Shown: positions 1-7,751 of the stretch, in pieces
Layout of the letters: every line of letters begins with the position of its first letter
Numbering within the stretch: position 1 is the stretch's first letter
From: a virus
Taxonomy: Duplodnaviria; Caudoviricetes
IMG/VR virus record: IMGVR_UViG_3300048856_000012
Coordinates: 1-41,002 of that record
Length of the DNA: 41,002 nt
Direction: 5' to 3' (one strand)
The notes under the pieces: generated by a model
What the model was told of the DNA's origin: nothing
Databases searched by the model: none
What the model saw: only the letters and a program-made list of their open reading frames with translations
Position numbers and translations under genes: made by a program

Positions 1-12
1 GCGCGAATAACC
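1..12. repeat. Left copy of 12-bp terminal repeat, putative cosN cohesive end
   Basis: GCGCGAATAACC at 1-12 is identical to 40990-41001; on circularisation it lies between the HNH gene and terS; terminase is GpA type. Confidence 0.8.
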
Positions 13-43
13 GGCGGCATACCCCCGTCGCTGGAAGAACCTA

Positions 44-562
44 TCACCGGGGTACGGCTGGCCATTGGCATGGCTCATCGTGATTATCGGGATCGAATCG
101 TGATCCCTTGGCGCTATTCTCTGATCTGGTCAGATGCTGAAGGTTGTTCCACACATGGAGACCGCAAACAAGCTCACCATTTAGCGGTATGACATGGTCG
201 ACTACCACGTCGACACCTTGATCCCTCAGCACCCTGGCAGCCCTGTACATGGCCTGTATGTCAGACTTGCGCCCCCACTTTGGGCGTTGCTCTGGCCTGA
301 CCCGCAAATAGATCTTCCCTTCTCTATGCGCATTGCGCTCTACAGGGTTACGACCTTTCCAGCGGCGTACCGCCTCACGGGCCGAATCGCCTCCGTCAGC
401 CTCTCTGGCGCGCCTCATGCGTTCTCTGGCCTTATCCCTCAGCAGATCATTCGTGCATGGCTTGCACCGCTTGCGAAGCCCTACAGACCCGTCTGGCAGC
501 TTCCTTACTGGGAAGTGAGCTTCATCGAATGGTTTATCGGTCTGGCAAGTCGTGCAAATCAT
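44..562 (-). CDS. HNH endonuclease with N-terminal Zn-finger
   Basis: CxxC...CxxC N-terminus; VDHVIPL...CGLHVWNNLQ...ENSAK HNH motif; GGAG RBS; adjacent to cos. Confidence 0.85.
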   Translation of the reverse strand: MICTTCQTDKPFDEAHFPVRKLPDGSVGLRKRCKPCTNDLLRDKARERMRRAREADGGDSAREAVRRWKGRNPVERNAHREGKIYLRVRPEQRPKWGRKSDIQAMYRAARVLRDQGVDVVVDHVIPLNGELVCGLHVWNNLQHLTRSENSAKGSRFDPDNHDEPCQWPAVPR

Positions 563-610
563 GGGGATACTCCGTTTTGGTGCGAACAGAATATCACTGC
601 GCGAATTATC

Positions 611-1354
611 TCACGAGCGACCCCAATCAATAACGTCATCAATCGCCTGTGAGAACTGGCCAAGGTACTCACGCTGCACGACCTCTTCAGCGATCTTGAA
701 GAACTCAAGGCGCTTGCTGTACGTGGGGGCCTTGTTGACGATGATGAACATGGGGCGAATGGCGCGACCGAAGGCTGTCTGCTTGGCCTCCCATATCGCT
801 TTGGTGTTCTTGATCTTGGCAATGAAGTAGCGGCGGGCGTTGCCTTTCTTCTTGGATCGCCTGCTGCCCGATGCGTTAGCCGTTACGCCTGATGTGGTCT
901 CTGCAGCTCCAAGCCCCGACAGGATCTTGACTGACAGAGCGCCAGGCACGTTGCCGAATGCGTTCATCACGTCACGCGTTGGGATGGCGTACTCACCCGA
1001 ACCAATCAGGCCTTTCGCAATGAGTGCTTTCTCAAAGCGCTTGTGCCCGCGTGCGCCGCCCTGTACTTGCGGTTGAAGGTACTTGTCTGCGGGTATGCCG
1101 CTGTTGAACGAGTCTTTGAACCAGACTCGGGCCGCATTGCCCTTTGGCTTGGCGGCCTTGATGAATAGCGACTTGAGGGTTACGGGCGTTGGCCGGTCGA
1201 ACTCGCTGGCCATCTTGTCGGCGATCTCGTCGCGGACCTTGTATGCGGTGAGGGTGGACGCTCGGGCGAGCGCCTTGGGCAGTTTGGCTTCGCCCAGCTC
1301 CCGGAGTGCTCGACTCAACAGCTGGACATTGCTCTGTGCCCGGATCTCAATCAT
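611..1354 (-). CDS. Phage morphogenesis protein (lambda gpZ / neck-like)
   Basis: Basic 247-aa ORF from ATG 1354 with FDRPTP motif; position at start of late region. Confidence 0.55.
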   Translation of the reverse strand: MIEIRAQSNVQLLSRALRELGEAKLPKALARASTLTAYKVRDEIADKMASEFDRPTPVTLKSLFIKAAKPKGNAARVWFKDSFNSGIPADKYLQPQVQGGARGHKRFEKALIAKGLIGSGEYAIPTRDVMNAFGNVPGALSVKILSGLGAAETTSGVTANASGSRRSKKKGNARRYFIAKIKNTKAIWEAKQTAFGRAIRPMFIIVNKAPTYSKRLEFFKIAEEVVQREYLGQFSQAIDDVIDWGRS

Positions 1355-1439
1355 CGAAGTCGTCCGCAAGATCGTTCAGCTGATCGGCTTCGCAGGCTTC
1401 AAACTCAAGGTCTTGAATCGCGTCTTCGAGGTCATTCAT
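1347..1439 (-). CDS. Very acidic 30-aa peptide MNDLEDAIQDLEFEACEADQLNDLADDFDD (below ORF-track cut-off)
   Basis: Translated by hand; stop overlaps next start (ATGATTGA); follows TATAAT; RBS is weak. Confidence 0.5.
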   Translation of the reverse strand: MNDLEDAIQDLEFEACEADQLNDLADDFDD

Positions 1440-1469
1440 GGCGCAAGCTCATTGGTCTGGATGACCTGA

Positions 1470-1475
1470 ATTATA
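1470..1475 (-). promoter_or_regulatory. Candidate late promoter -10 box (TATAAT) without a recognisable -35
   Basis: Perfect TATAAT on minus strand about 30 nt before the first late ORF. Confidence 0.45.
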
Positions 1476-1644
1476 CCCTCCCAGACATGAAAAAGCCCGA
1501 CCCCGTACTACCTCAAATCGGATCACGGATCGTGCTTTTGAAGAGGCGTTGCCGCAGTTGGAAGGCCCCGGCGCGCTGTCGTACTACATGGCGTTTCCCT
1601 CTGGGTTGATCATTTGTCACCACAAGGAAGCTGGAGCATAGACG

Positions 1645-1672
1645 AAAAAAAGCCCAACGTGTTAGGTCGGGC
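1645..1672 (-). terminator. Rho-independent terminator
   Basis: GCCCGAC-CTAACAC-GTTGGGC followed by T7 on minus strand. Confidence 0.75.
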
Positions 1673-1673
1673 C

Positions 1674-1958
1674 GGTATCTGAATTCATCTGCATCGAAAG
1701 TCGACCTGCTGACACCTGCCAGCGCCTATGGCTAAGCCAGATACCCTCGCTTCCGTAGAATCGCCTAACCAGCCTTTGAGCCGGTAGCGGGGCCTCGCAT
1801 CACTGCTACTGGGTTCCGATTCAAGCCGACTTTCGATAAAGACGATCCCGCATGTGCGGGCACTTGGCGTTGGTTGATCGTTGGTCCGTATCGTGGACCA
1901 GTCGGCAGGTACAGGCGACCAACCCACCGAAGACCTTTCGGCGCCTGCGAGATGGATG
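1674..1958. ncRNA. Candidate structured non-coding element, strand uncertain
   Basis: Many complementary segments, e.g. 1693-1703 with 1827-1837 (11/11), 1704-1713 with 1901-1910, 1758-1770 with 1812-1822; no credible ORF. Confidence 0.45.
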
Positions 1959-1964
1959 TTAGAG

Positions 1965-2396
1965 CTACGAGGACTGCAACGCAAGCGGGGTCACGATTGC
2001 GATAACGCAAGGCTCCAGCGAAAACCGTTTGGTGACGTGGTAGTCAACGACCTGCGTGTCATCGACCCATACCGCGCCGTTGAACGCATCGCAAATCGCC
2101 TTGATCACGTTGTCGCCGTCGGGCTTCTTGGTCGGAACCACCAGGCCGGCAGCGCAAGCCATCGCCTTTTTCTTGCTGTAGCTCTTCGGTATGGGCATGA
2201 AGATTTGCAGTTTCAGCTCTACCGGCCCAGTCATCAGCGGTTGGCCGTGCATCGAAAGAGCGGCCTCCCGCTTGCATTTATCTTCGTAAGCCACGGTTTC
2301 CGCTGGTGTGTAAAGCTTGGGGAACGGCTTCGTGGCCATGCGCGGGCGACCCTTTCCCACCGGATCGCCTTCAATCAGGATAAATACCGAACTCAT
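1965..2396 (-). CDS. rusA: RusA-family Holliday junction resolvase
   Basis: PVGKGRPR, KKPDGDNVIKAICDAFNG, WVDDTQV motifs. Confidence 0.92.
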   Translation of the reverse strand: MSSVFILIEGDPVGKGRPRMATKPFPKLYTPAETVAYEDKCKREAALSMHGQPLMTGPVELKLQIFMPIPKSYSKKKAMACAAGLVVPTKKPDGDNVIKAICDAFNGAVWVDDTQVVDYHVTKRFSLEPCVIAIVTPLALQSS

Positions 2397-2659
2397 CGCG
2401 ACTTACACCAAAACCCGGAAGCTACCGCCGTCTGCTTGCCGTTCTCCCCTATCAGACTTTCACGCAATTGCCCGAGTACCCCGCGCGCCTGATCCTTGCT
2501 CAACGGCTGATTCGAGCGCCAGGCGCGGATATCTTTCTCGCCGCTGGGCAGCTGTAGCCAGATCTCGCCGATCCAGATAACCGGCTTTTTCGGCAGGCGG
2601 CCAATAGTCCGCGGCTGCGTGCCTTCCATGTTGCTGTGCCATTCGATTTTGGCGCTCAT
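2393..2659 (-). CDS. Hypothetical protein
   Basis: 88-aa ORF with ATGA overlaps at both ends. Confidence 0.7.
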   Translation of the reverse strand: MSAKIEWHSNMEGTQPRTIGRLPKKPVIWIGEIWLQLPSGEKDIRAWRSNQPLSKDQARGVLGQLRESLIGENGKQTAVASGFWCKSR

Positions 2660-2790
2660 ACTACGTTCGCTCCCGGCCAGATAACCCGAGCACTCGCCCG
2701 AGCCTCTTCATGCGTCAACTCGCCTTCCAGCGAGATCATTGCAAAAGGCGGATGACCCGGCAGGATCACCAGCCATACGCGTTTTTTCAT
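2656..2790 (-). CDS. Hypothetical 44-aa protein (MKKRVWLVILPGHPPFAM...)
   Basis: Translated by hand; fills the gap exactly with ATGA overlaps on both sides. Confidence 0.7.
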   Translation of the reverse strand: MKKRVWLVILPGHPPFAMISLEGELTHEEARASARVIWPGANVV

Positions 2791-3284
2791 CGCCCACGGG
2801 CCATTTGGTGGCTTTTGAAAATCTGGCTAAGCGTCAGCTCGGATTCCCTGCTGAATTGCGCTGCTTGCTGCTGCCGCGTTTCCATGAACAGCTCGGCATA
2901 ACCCTGGCGCTGATTACGAACAACGATTTCCAGCTCGCGGACCTTGACGCTCAATTGCTCGACCTTATCGTCGCTGTCGTTCGCGTCTTTCTTCCAGTCG
3001 GCCAGCTCGACGTGGAGCCGGCGTATCTCTTCACCGGCGAGCCGGAGTGTTTCCTCGCTCTTGGCATGGGCTGCATCGACTGAAGCCAGCCGCGCCTGTA
3101 GATCATCGCGTTCGGCGCGCATCTGTTCGGCAAAGGAAAGGGTCTGTTCCTGCCTGAGCGCTTCAAGATGCGCTTCAAGGCAGCCTTCAAACTCCAGAGT
3201 GAGCTTTCGGTGTTTGGCCGCGCGCCGAATTCGGTCAAGGCATTGATACATGGCTCTGCGTGTTGTTTCGACGATGTTGGTCAT
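2787..3284 (-). CDS. Hypothetical coiled-coil protein
   Basis: 165-aa helical E/Q/R-rich ORF; GGGGA RBS; overlaps neighbours. Confidence 0.7.
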   Translation of the reverse strand: MTNIVETTRRAMYQCLDRIRRAAKHRKLTLEFEGCLEAHLEALRQEQTLSFAEQMRAERDDLQARLASVDAAHAKSEETLRLAGEEIRRLHVELADWKKDANDSDDKVEQLSVKVRELEIVVRNQRQGYAELFMETRQQQAAQFSRESELTLSQIFKSHQMARGR

Positions 3285-3493
3285 GCTGTTCCCCTATTTG
3301 GTAACTTCAGAAAGGAATTGGACTGTGAAGCCAGTTGCTGTAGGCCTGCTCGCGGGTCGTTCCGTACCCGTAGCCGGTCGTCGGTGATTTGGTGATCGGG
3401 CAAATGATCGGGCCGCTGCACTCGTACTGCATGCCTGGGCGCGGGTTCTTGTTTGCGTATGGCCTGATTCGTGGCTTGTTCATGGTTCCTCAA
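3281..3493 (-). CDS. Hypothetical protein
   Basis: 70-aa ORF bridging dnaB and next gene; start uncertain. Confidence 0.35.
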   Translation of the reverse strand: MRNHEQATNQAIRKQEPAPRHAVRVQRPDHLPDHQITDDRLRVRNDPRAGLQQLASQSNSFLKLPNRGTA

Positions 3494-4851
3494 TCCAGCA
3501 ACGACTTGCTGGCATAGCTGCGTGACGGTCTTTGTTCTGGCGCTTCGTAATCGGCGGCCAGGTCGCTGAAACTGCTGTACTTGCCCTGATAACTCGCACG
3601 CACGGTGCAGGCTTCAAGGTCTCGGGCAACGCCAATGATGATCTCGGCCACACCGCGGTATTCGGTGTTTTCGTTGTAAACCTCATCCCGGTACACGAAG
3701 AGGATCATGTCTGCATCCTGCTCAATGCTCCCAGAATCGCGCAGGTCAGACGGAATGGGTCTCTTGTTGGGGCGAGCCTCAAGTTGGCGGTTAAGTTGAC
3801 TGAGCGCGATTACAGGGGCTCCCAGCTCCTTTGCCAACAGCTTCAGCTGACGGGTTATCTCCGTAATTCGCTGAACTGAGTTCGCACGGCTGTCGTCTAC
3901 GTCCACCAGACCGATATGGTCAACAAGGATCAGATCAAGCCCGTGGTTCATCTTGTGGCGGCGCGCCACCGACCGGATCTGATTTATCGTCGCGCTCTTG
4001 CGGCCATACAGCGCCAGCCCGCTGTTTGCAATCTTGGTCGATGCGGCCAGCAGCTCATTGGGATGGCTGCTCATGGCTGTGCCTGATCTCAGCGCGTCAA
4101 GCGGAATGCCGCCGATGCTCGCCAGCGACTTGTCCATGAGCTGCTTGGTGGACATTTCGAGACTGAACACCAGAACCTGCTTGCCGCAGTGCACCGCGTT
4201 GTGATCAGCGATGTTCATGGCCAGGGTCGTCTTGCCCATCTTGGGACGGCCCGCAACGATGATCAGCGCTTCCGGCTTCAGACCCATCAGCTTCTCATCA
4301 AGCGACTTGATGCCGGTCGTCAATCCGTCGATTTGGTCGCCCAGCTGCTCGCGCCGCTCAAGCTCGCTGACATGCTGCTCAATGGCCTGTCGACCGGTGA
4401 TGATCACCTCTTCCACCGGCCCCGTGCTGACGGACGATATCTCGGCCTGCGCTTGGGCGATCTTGTCTTCCGTGCTGGCATCACTCTCGGCGATCTCTAG
4501 GATCGCGTTTGCAGCTGCGTAAAGGGCGCGATCAATGGAACGCTCGATCACGGTCCCTGCGTATGACTTCGCATTGGCCGCGCTCGGCACGTTGCGATAG
4601 ATCTCCGTCAGATAGGCCAGTGCACTGTCGCCGTTGTCGAGTCGACCAATGCGGCCTGACAGGGTAACCACGTCGATACTGGTCCCGGCGTCCTTCAGGC
4701 TGAGAATGGCCTCAAAGATCTGGCGGTTATCAGCGAAGAAGAAATCCGACGGCTTCAGGTCTGCGGACAGAATGTCGATCAGCTCGGGCTTCATCATCAT
4801 CGCGCCCAGTACGGATTGCTCCGCCTCTTGGCTGTACATGTCGCGGATCAT
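3490..4851 (-). CDS. dnaB: Replicative DNA helicase, DnaB family
   Basis: AEQSVLG N-terminus; Walker A GRPKMGKT; FSLEM; LSQLNR; SDLRDSGSIEQDAD. Confidence 0.97.
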   Translation of the reverse strand: MIRDMYSQEAEQSVLGAMMMKPELIDILSADLKPSDFFFADNRQIFEAILSLKDAGTSIDVVTLSGRIGRLDNGDSALAYLTEIYRNVPSAANAKSYAGTVIERSIDRALYAAANAILEIAESDASTEDKIAQAQAEISSVSTGPVEEVIITGRQAIEQHVSELERREQLGDQIDGLTTGIKSLDEKLMGLKPEALIIVAGRPKMGKTTLAMNIADHNAVHCGKQVLVFSLEMSTKQLMDKSLASIGGIPLDALRSGTAMSSHPNELLAASTKIANSGLALYGRKSATINQIRSVARRHKMNHGLDLILVDHIGLVDVDDSRANSVQRITEITRQLKLLAKELGAPVIALSQLNRQLEARPNKRPIPSDLRDSGSIEQDADMILFVYRDEVYNENTEYRGVAEIIIGVARDLEACTVRASYQGKYSSFSDLAADYEAPEQRPSRSYASKSLLD

Positions 4852-5543
4852 GAGTAATTACCCTCAGCGACTTTCTTGAAATTGGCCGGCTTCATCAGCC
4901 AGTCGAATGCAAAGGTTTTCTGGCTCATAAGGAACTGGCTGTCTTTCACCACGACGAAGTACCGTTCCCAGAATTCGACCGACTGAAATTTCTTGTCCTT
5001 GCGCCATAGCGAACGAACTGCTTTGCAGCGCGCTTCATCACGAATCCTGACCTTCGGCTTGCTGGTAAGGATTCTCTCGTATGCGTTGAAAATGGCTTCG
5101 TACGGCACGTCGTCAGCTTGCTGATGACAAGATGCTTTTTGATTACTGGTTATTTGATTACTGGTTATTTGATTTGTCGGAGAATTTTCCGACCTTACCT
5201 CGGATTTTTTTCCGACCATGCTCGGAGAATTTTCCGACCTGTTCCACTGACGGCCCTTTTCAGTGATGCGGATCAGCGTGATCTTCGACGTGTTGGATAA
5301 CTCGATCACCTCGATCACATGCAGCGCCTTCAGCAAGCGATAGGCGGTATCTGCCTTGTCAGTGAGAAGGGGAAGTTCTTCCACGATTTTCGCCTTGCTG
5401 ATCGCGTAATAGGTTTTTTCTCCGATCACGACAGGGCGCGCCCACGATGGAACCTGATAGATGAACGCGAATAGCATGGCTTGCTGGGCGTTCATGCCCC
5501 ATTCAAGCGCTTTTGCTTGGTTGATCAGGACAGTGAACTGCAT
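4848..5543 (-). CDS. Phage replication initiator (O-like)
   Basis: Winged-helix-like N-terminus, internal iterons, C-terminal FDWLMKPANFKKVAEGNY; directly upstream of dnaB. Confidence 0.85.
   Translation of the reverse strand: MQFTVLINQAKALEWGMNAQQAMLFAFIYQVPSWARPVVIGEKTYYAISKAKIVEELPLLTDKADTAYRLLKALHVIEVIELSNTSKITLIRITEKGRQWNRSENSPSMVGKKSEVRSENSPTNQITSNQITSNQKASCHQQADDVPYEAIFNAYERILTSKPKVRIRDEARCKAVRSLWRKDKKFQSVEFWERYFVVVKDSQFLMSQKTFAFDWLMKPANFKKVAEGNYS
5138..5237. repeat. Replication origin: three palindromic iterons plus AT-rich tandem repeat
   Basis: TCGGA-N6-TCCGA at 5177, 5200 and 5222; TTTGATTACTGGTTA x2.5 at 5138-5174; inside the initiator gene as in lambdoid phages. Confidence 0.8.
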
Positions 5544-5545
5544 GA

Positions 5546-5746
5546 TCAGTCCTCCCCCAGCGCCACGAACGCGCTGGCCTTCATCCCGAAGGCATCGGCA
5601 AGCTTCCTGATAGTTGATGCGTGAATGTCAGGCCGCGCCTTGAATCCACTGATCGACTGGCTGGTTATGCCAAGCCGGGCCGCCAGCTCGTGTTGCGGCA
5701 TGTTCTGCTTTGCCATTGCCACGCGGATAGATTTTGCGATGTCCAT
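5546..5746 (-). CDS. XRE/Cro-type HTH regulator
   Basis: QHELAARLGITSQSIS HTH; GAGGGG RBS before ATG 5746. Confidence 0.88.
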   Translation of the reverse strand: MDIAKSIRVAMAKQNMPQHELAARLGITSQSISGFKARPDIHASTIRKLADAFGMKASAFVALGED

Positions 5747-5856
5747 TTTTCCCCTCACTACGGGTTAAGTGTTTGCAGTGCCAACAGTAACAGCCGTAAA
5801 TCATTTTTGGTAGTCCTGCGATGATTTATTTTGATTTCCACAAGAACGGCATAAAT

Positions 5857-5885
5857 TTGACAGTTACCGCAACGTAGCCCATAGT
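5857..5885 (+). promoter_or_regulatory. Sigma70 promoter
   Basis: TTGACA-N17-CATAGT. Confidence 0.65.
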
Positions 5886-5973
5886 TCGCCCCGTCTACGG
5901 CCAATCCCGGCCCGGACCAGACCCGCCAGGCATTAAGGGAATCGGCGGCTTGCACTCTCAGCAGGTAACCCAA

Positions 5974-6510
5974 ATGCAAATGCACAGCCTCGCGCAAATC
6001 TTCATCACGATTCAGGAAGCCAGCCACAAGGTTGACGAAATCGCTGGACAGATCATTGACGCCATCAGGGACGCCCAGGCGGATACGCTGGACGACTTCA
6101 ACGAGATGGTTGATGACGCCTATGCAGCGAACGGATGGAGCCGGCAAGTGGGCAGGCCATCCGAAGAATCGCAATTGAGCCCGGCCCCGAGAACCGTTCA
6201 AAGCTACGTTTCAACCATCCGCACGGCCTACCGCCAAGGTCACAACGTTCTGGAGTTCGAAAACCTTTTCGAGCTGCGCAAGGCGGTCCGCGGCAGCAGA
6301 CAGCCATCACAGAGCCCGGAAACCAAATCGCCAGAGCTGAAGGGGATCAGCATCAAGAGGGTCAACAAGATGACCGGCGCGCTCTGGCACGACCTGGTGG
6401 TCGTCTGGGAGCACCTTCCGGAGCAGGATCGGGAAACGCTGGAAGAAAAGCTTTACCGGCTGCTGGGTCAGTTCTCGAAAAAGGCGGCAGACCTGAAAGC
6501 CGCCGCTTGA
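5974..6510 (+). CDS. Hypothetical protein, moron-like (opposite strand to neighbours)
   Basis: Protein-like helical ORF with own promoter and terminator; AGGT before ATG 5974. Confidence 0.75.
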   Translation: MQMHSLAQIFITIQEASHKVDEIAGQIIDAIRDAQADTLDDFNEMVDDAYAANGWSRQVGRPSEESQLSPAPRTVQSYVSTIRTAYRQGHNVLEFENLFELRKAVRGSRQPSQSPETKSPELKGISIKRVNKMTGALWHDLVVVWEHLPEQDRETLEEKLYRLLGQFSKKAADLKAAA

Positions 6511-6530
6511 ATGATCCCGCTGCAAACAAC

Positions 6531-6558
6531 AAGGCCGGCATCGCACCGGCCTTTTTTA
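6531..6558 (+). terminator. Rho-independent terminator, possibly bidirectional
   Basis: AAGGCCGG-CATCGCA-CCGGCCTT followed by T-tract, between convergent genes. Confidence 0.8.
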
Positions 6559-7452
6559 TTACATTACGCATTCAATGAAGATGCGCGCCGCTTCAGCGTT
6601 GATAGCGTTTCCGTAGGCGCGCAGTCGTCCCACTCGGGAGGCAACGCCATCAGCCAGCGGGAATGTGCCGGGTTCAACTGGCCGCCACCGGGCATCCCGG
6701 CAGAGGAGCCAGTCAGCATCTGCCCATTGGCCGTTAACCGGGCCGGCTGGTCTGTCCGGGTCAATGCAACCGCCTGATTCAGGGGCATGCCCGTATCCTG
6801 TGGGCGGGAGTCCTTCGCTCCTCGATGAGCATCCGCCGCCGTCACTGTTGGCCACCCGCAGAGATACGCCTGTCGAGGTAGCTGATCCAAACGGTCGGCT
6901 CCGTCCCGCTGCGCCGTCATGCCCGGCGTGTCCTTGTGATCCCGTGTCGTTGGAGTGACCCACCCAGAACAATCTGTCTCTGATGTGCGGCGCACCGACG
7001 CCCGCAGACGGGAACGGGACAGCCCCGAAGGCGTAACCCAGGGCTTCCAGGTCAGCGTGTACAAGGTCGACCCAAGGCTCGACAGCTTTACTCGCAACCT
7101 GCTCTCCAAAGACGACTGGAGGGCGGCACTGCTTGATGAGCCAGGCGAACGATGGCCAGAGGTGTCTTGAGTCCGCAAACCCACCTCCCGCGCCTGCCGA
7201 GCTGAAAGGCTGGCAGGGACAACTTCCCGTCCATACTGGTCGCGTGTCGTCCCATCCAGCGCGACGAAGTGCGAGGGACCAAACTCCAACGCCAGCGAAG
7301 AAATGGCATTGGGTGAAGCCTTTGAGGTCGTCTGCTGTAACATCTTCGATACTCCTTTCATCTACAACGCCGGGTGCTATCTGCCCCGCTCCGATCAGGT
7401 TACGCAGCCACTGCGCTGCATAGGGGTCGAACTCGTTGTAATAGGCGGCCAT
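6559..7452 (-). CDS. DNA cytosine-5 methyltransferase, catalytic (alpha) chain
   Basis: FFAGVG (motif I), [11 protein letters not shown] (IV), GEQV (VI), PHIRDRLFW (VIII), LRAYGNAI (X); start overlaps cro stop (TGATG). Confidence 0.92.
   Translation of the reverse strand: MAAYYNEFDPYAAQWLRNLIGAGQIAPGVVDERSIEDVTADDLKGFTQCHFFAGVGVWSLALRRAGWDDTRPVWTGSCPCQPFSSAGAGGGFADSRHLWPSFAWLIKQCRPPVVFGEQVASKAVEPWVDLVHADLEALGYAFGAVPFPSAGVGAPHIRDRLFWVGHSNDTGSQGHAGHDGAAGRSRPFGSATSTGVSLRVANSDGGGCSSRSEGLPPTGYGHAPESGGCIDPDRPAGPVNGQWADADWLLCRDARWRPVEPGTFPLADGVASRVGRLRAYGNAINAEAARIFIECVM
6564..7343 (-). CDS. Nested alternative-frame methyltransferase beta chain (motif IX plus putative TRD repeats)
   Basis: 259-aa frame inside alpha; AAAGGAG 8 nt before ATG; [17 protein letters not shown] resembles motif IX; GWVTPTTRD and GWPTVTAAD repeats. 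Confidence 0.8.
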   Translation of the reverse strand: MLQQTTSKASPNAISSLALEFGPSHFVALDGTTRDQYGREVVPASLSARQAREVGLRTQDTSGHRSPGSSSSAALQSSLESRLRVKLSSLGSTLYTLTWKPWVTPSGLSRSRLRASVRRTSETDCSGWVTPTTRDHKDTPGMTAQRDGADRLDQLPRQAYLCGWPTVTAADAHRGAKDSRPQDTGMPLNQAVALTRTDQPARLTANGQMLTGSSAGMPGGGQLNPAHSRWLMALPPEWDDCAPTETLSTLKRRASSLNA

Positions 7453-7625
7453 CACTGACCGACCTTTGTCCGCTTTACCTTGCCCCGCGTTGCCAGCTCT
7501 ACGTGAGCCTGGCGCGACTTCGGCACTTCTTCGCCCCACGAGTAGATCGCCTGCGTTGTGATATCCAGCGCCGCAGCGGTTTTCTTTATGTCCCCGAAAT
7601 GCTCGATGACGTCCTTCGTTTTCAT
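7452..7625 (-). CDS. cro: Cro-like repressor
   Basis: MKTKDVIEHFG...TAAALDITTQAIYSWGEEVP is typical of P22-type Cro; GAGG RBS. Confidence 0.88.
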   Translation of the reverse strand: MKTKDVIEHFGDIKKTAAALDITTQAIYSWGEEVPKSRQAHVELATRGKVKRTKVGQ

Positions 7626-7655
7626 GGATCCAGCCTCATTGGTTTGATGCCTCAC

Positions 7656-7717
7656 ACCTTACCATCGTAAATTATTTTTGCAAGCAGCTTGCAAAGCTCT
7701 TTGCATGAGAATACAGT
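7656..7717. promoter_or_regulatory. Divergent early promoters with overlapping palindromic operators
   Basis: Plus: TTGCAA(7689)-N17-TACAGT. Minus: TTGCAA-N16 with extended -10 TGgTAAGGT. Palindromes TTTGCAAGC-A-GCTTGCAAA (7677-7695) and TGCAAAG-CT-CTTTGCA (7690-7705). Confidence 0.7.
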
Positions 7718-7751
7718 TCACCCATCGAAACGAACAACGGAGCAAGACGGA

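Noticed and set aside
1440-1965. tRNA or tmRNA in the long intergenic region
   Set aside because: No cloverleaf with T-loop GTTCRA and acceptor stem found by eye
1685-2010. 99-aa and 81-aa minus-strand ORFs after rusA as a possible Q protein
   Set aside because: No RBS or Q-like features and poor composition; the region is better explained as structured non-coding sequence
5138-5237. Short repeats as a possible CRISPR array
   Set aside because: Spacers are only 6-7 bp and lie inside the initiator gene, which fits iterons; no cas genes
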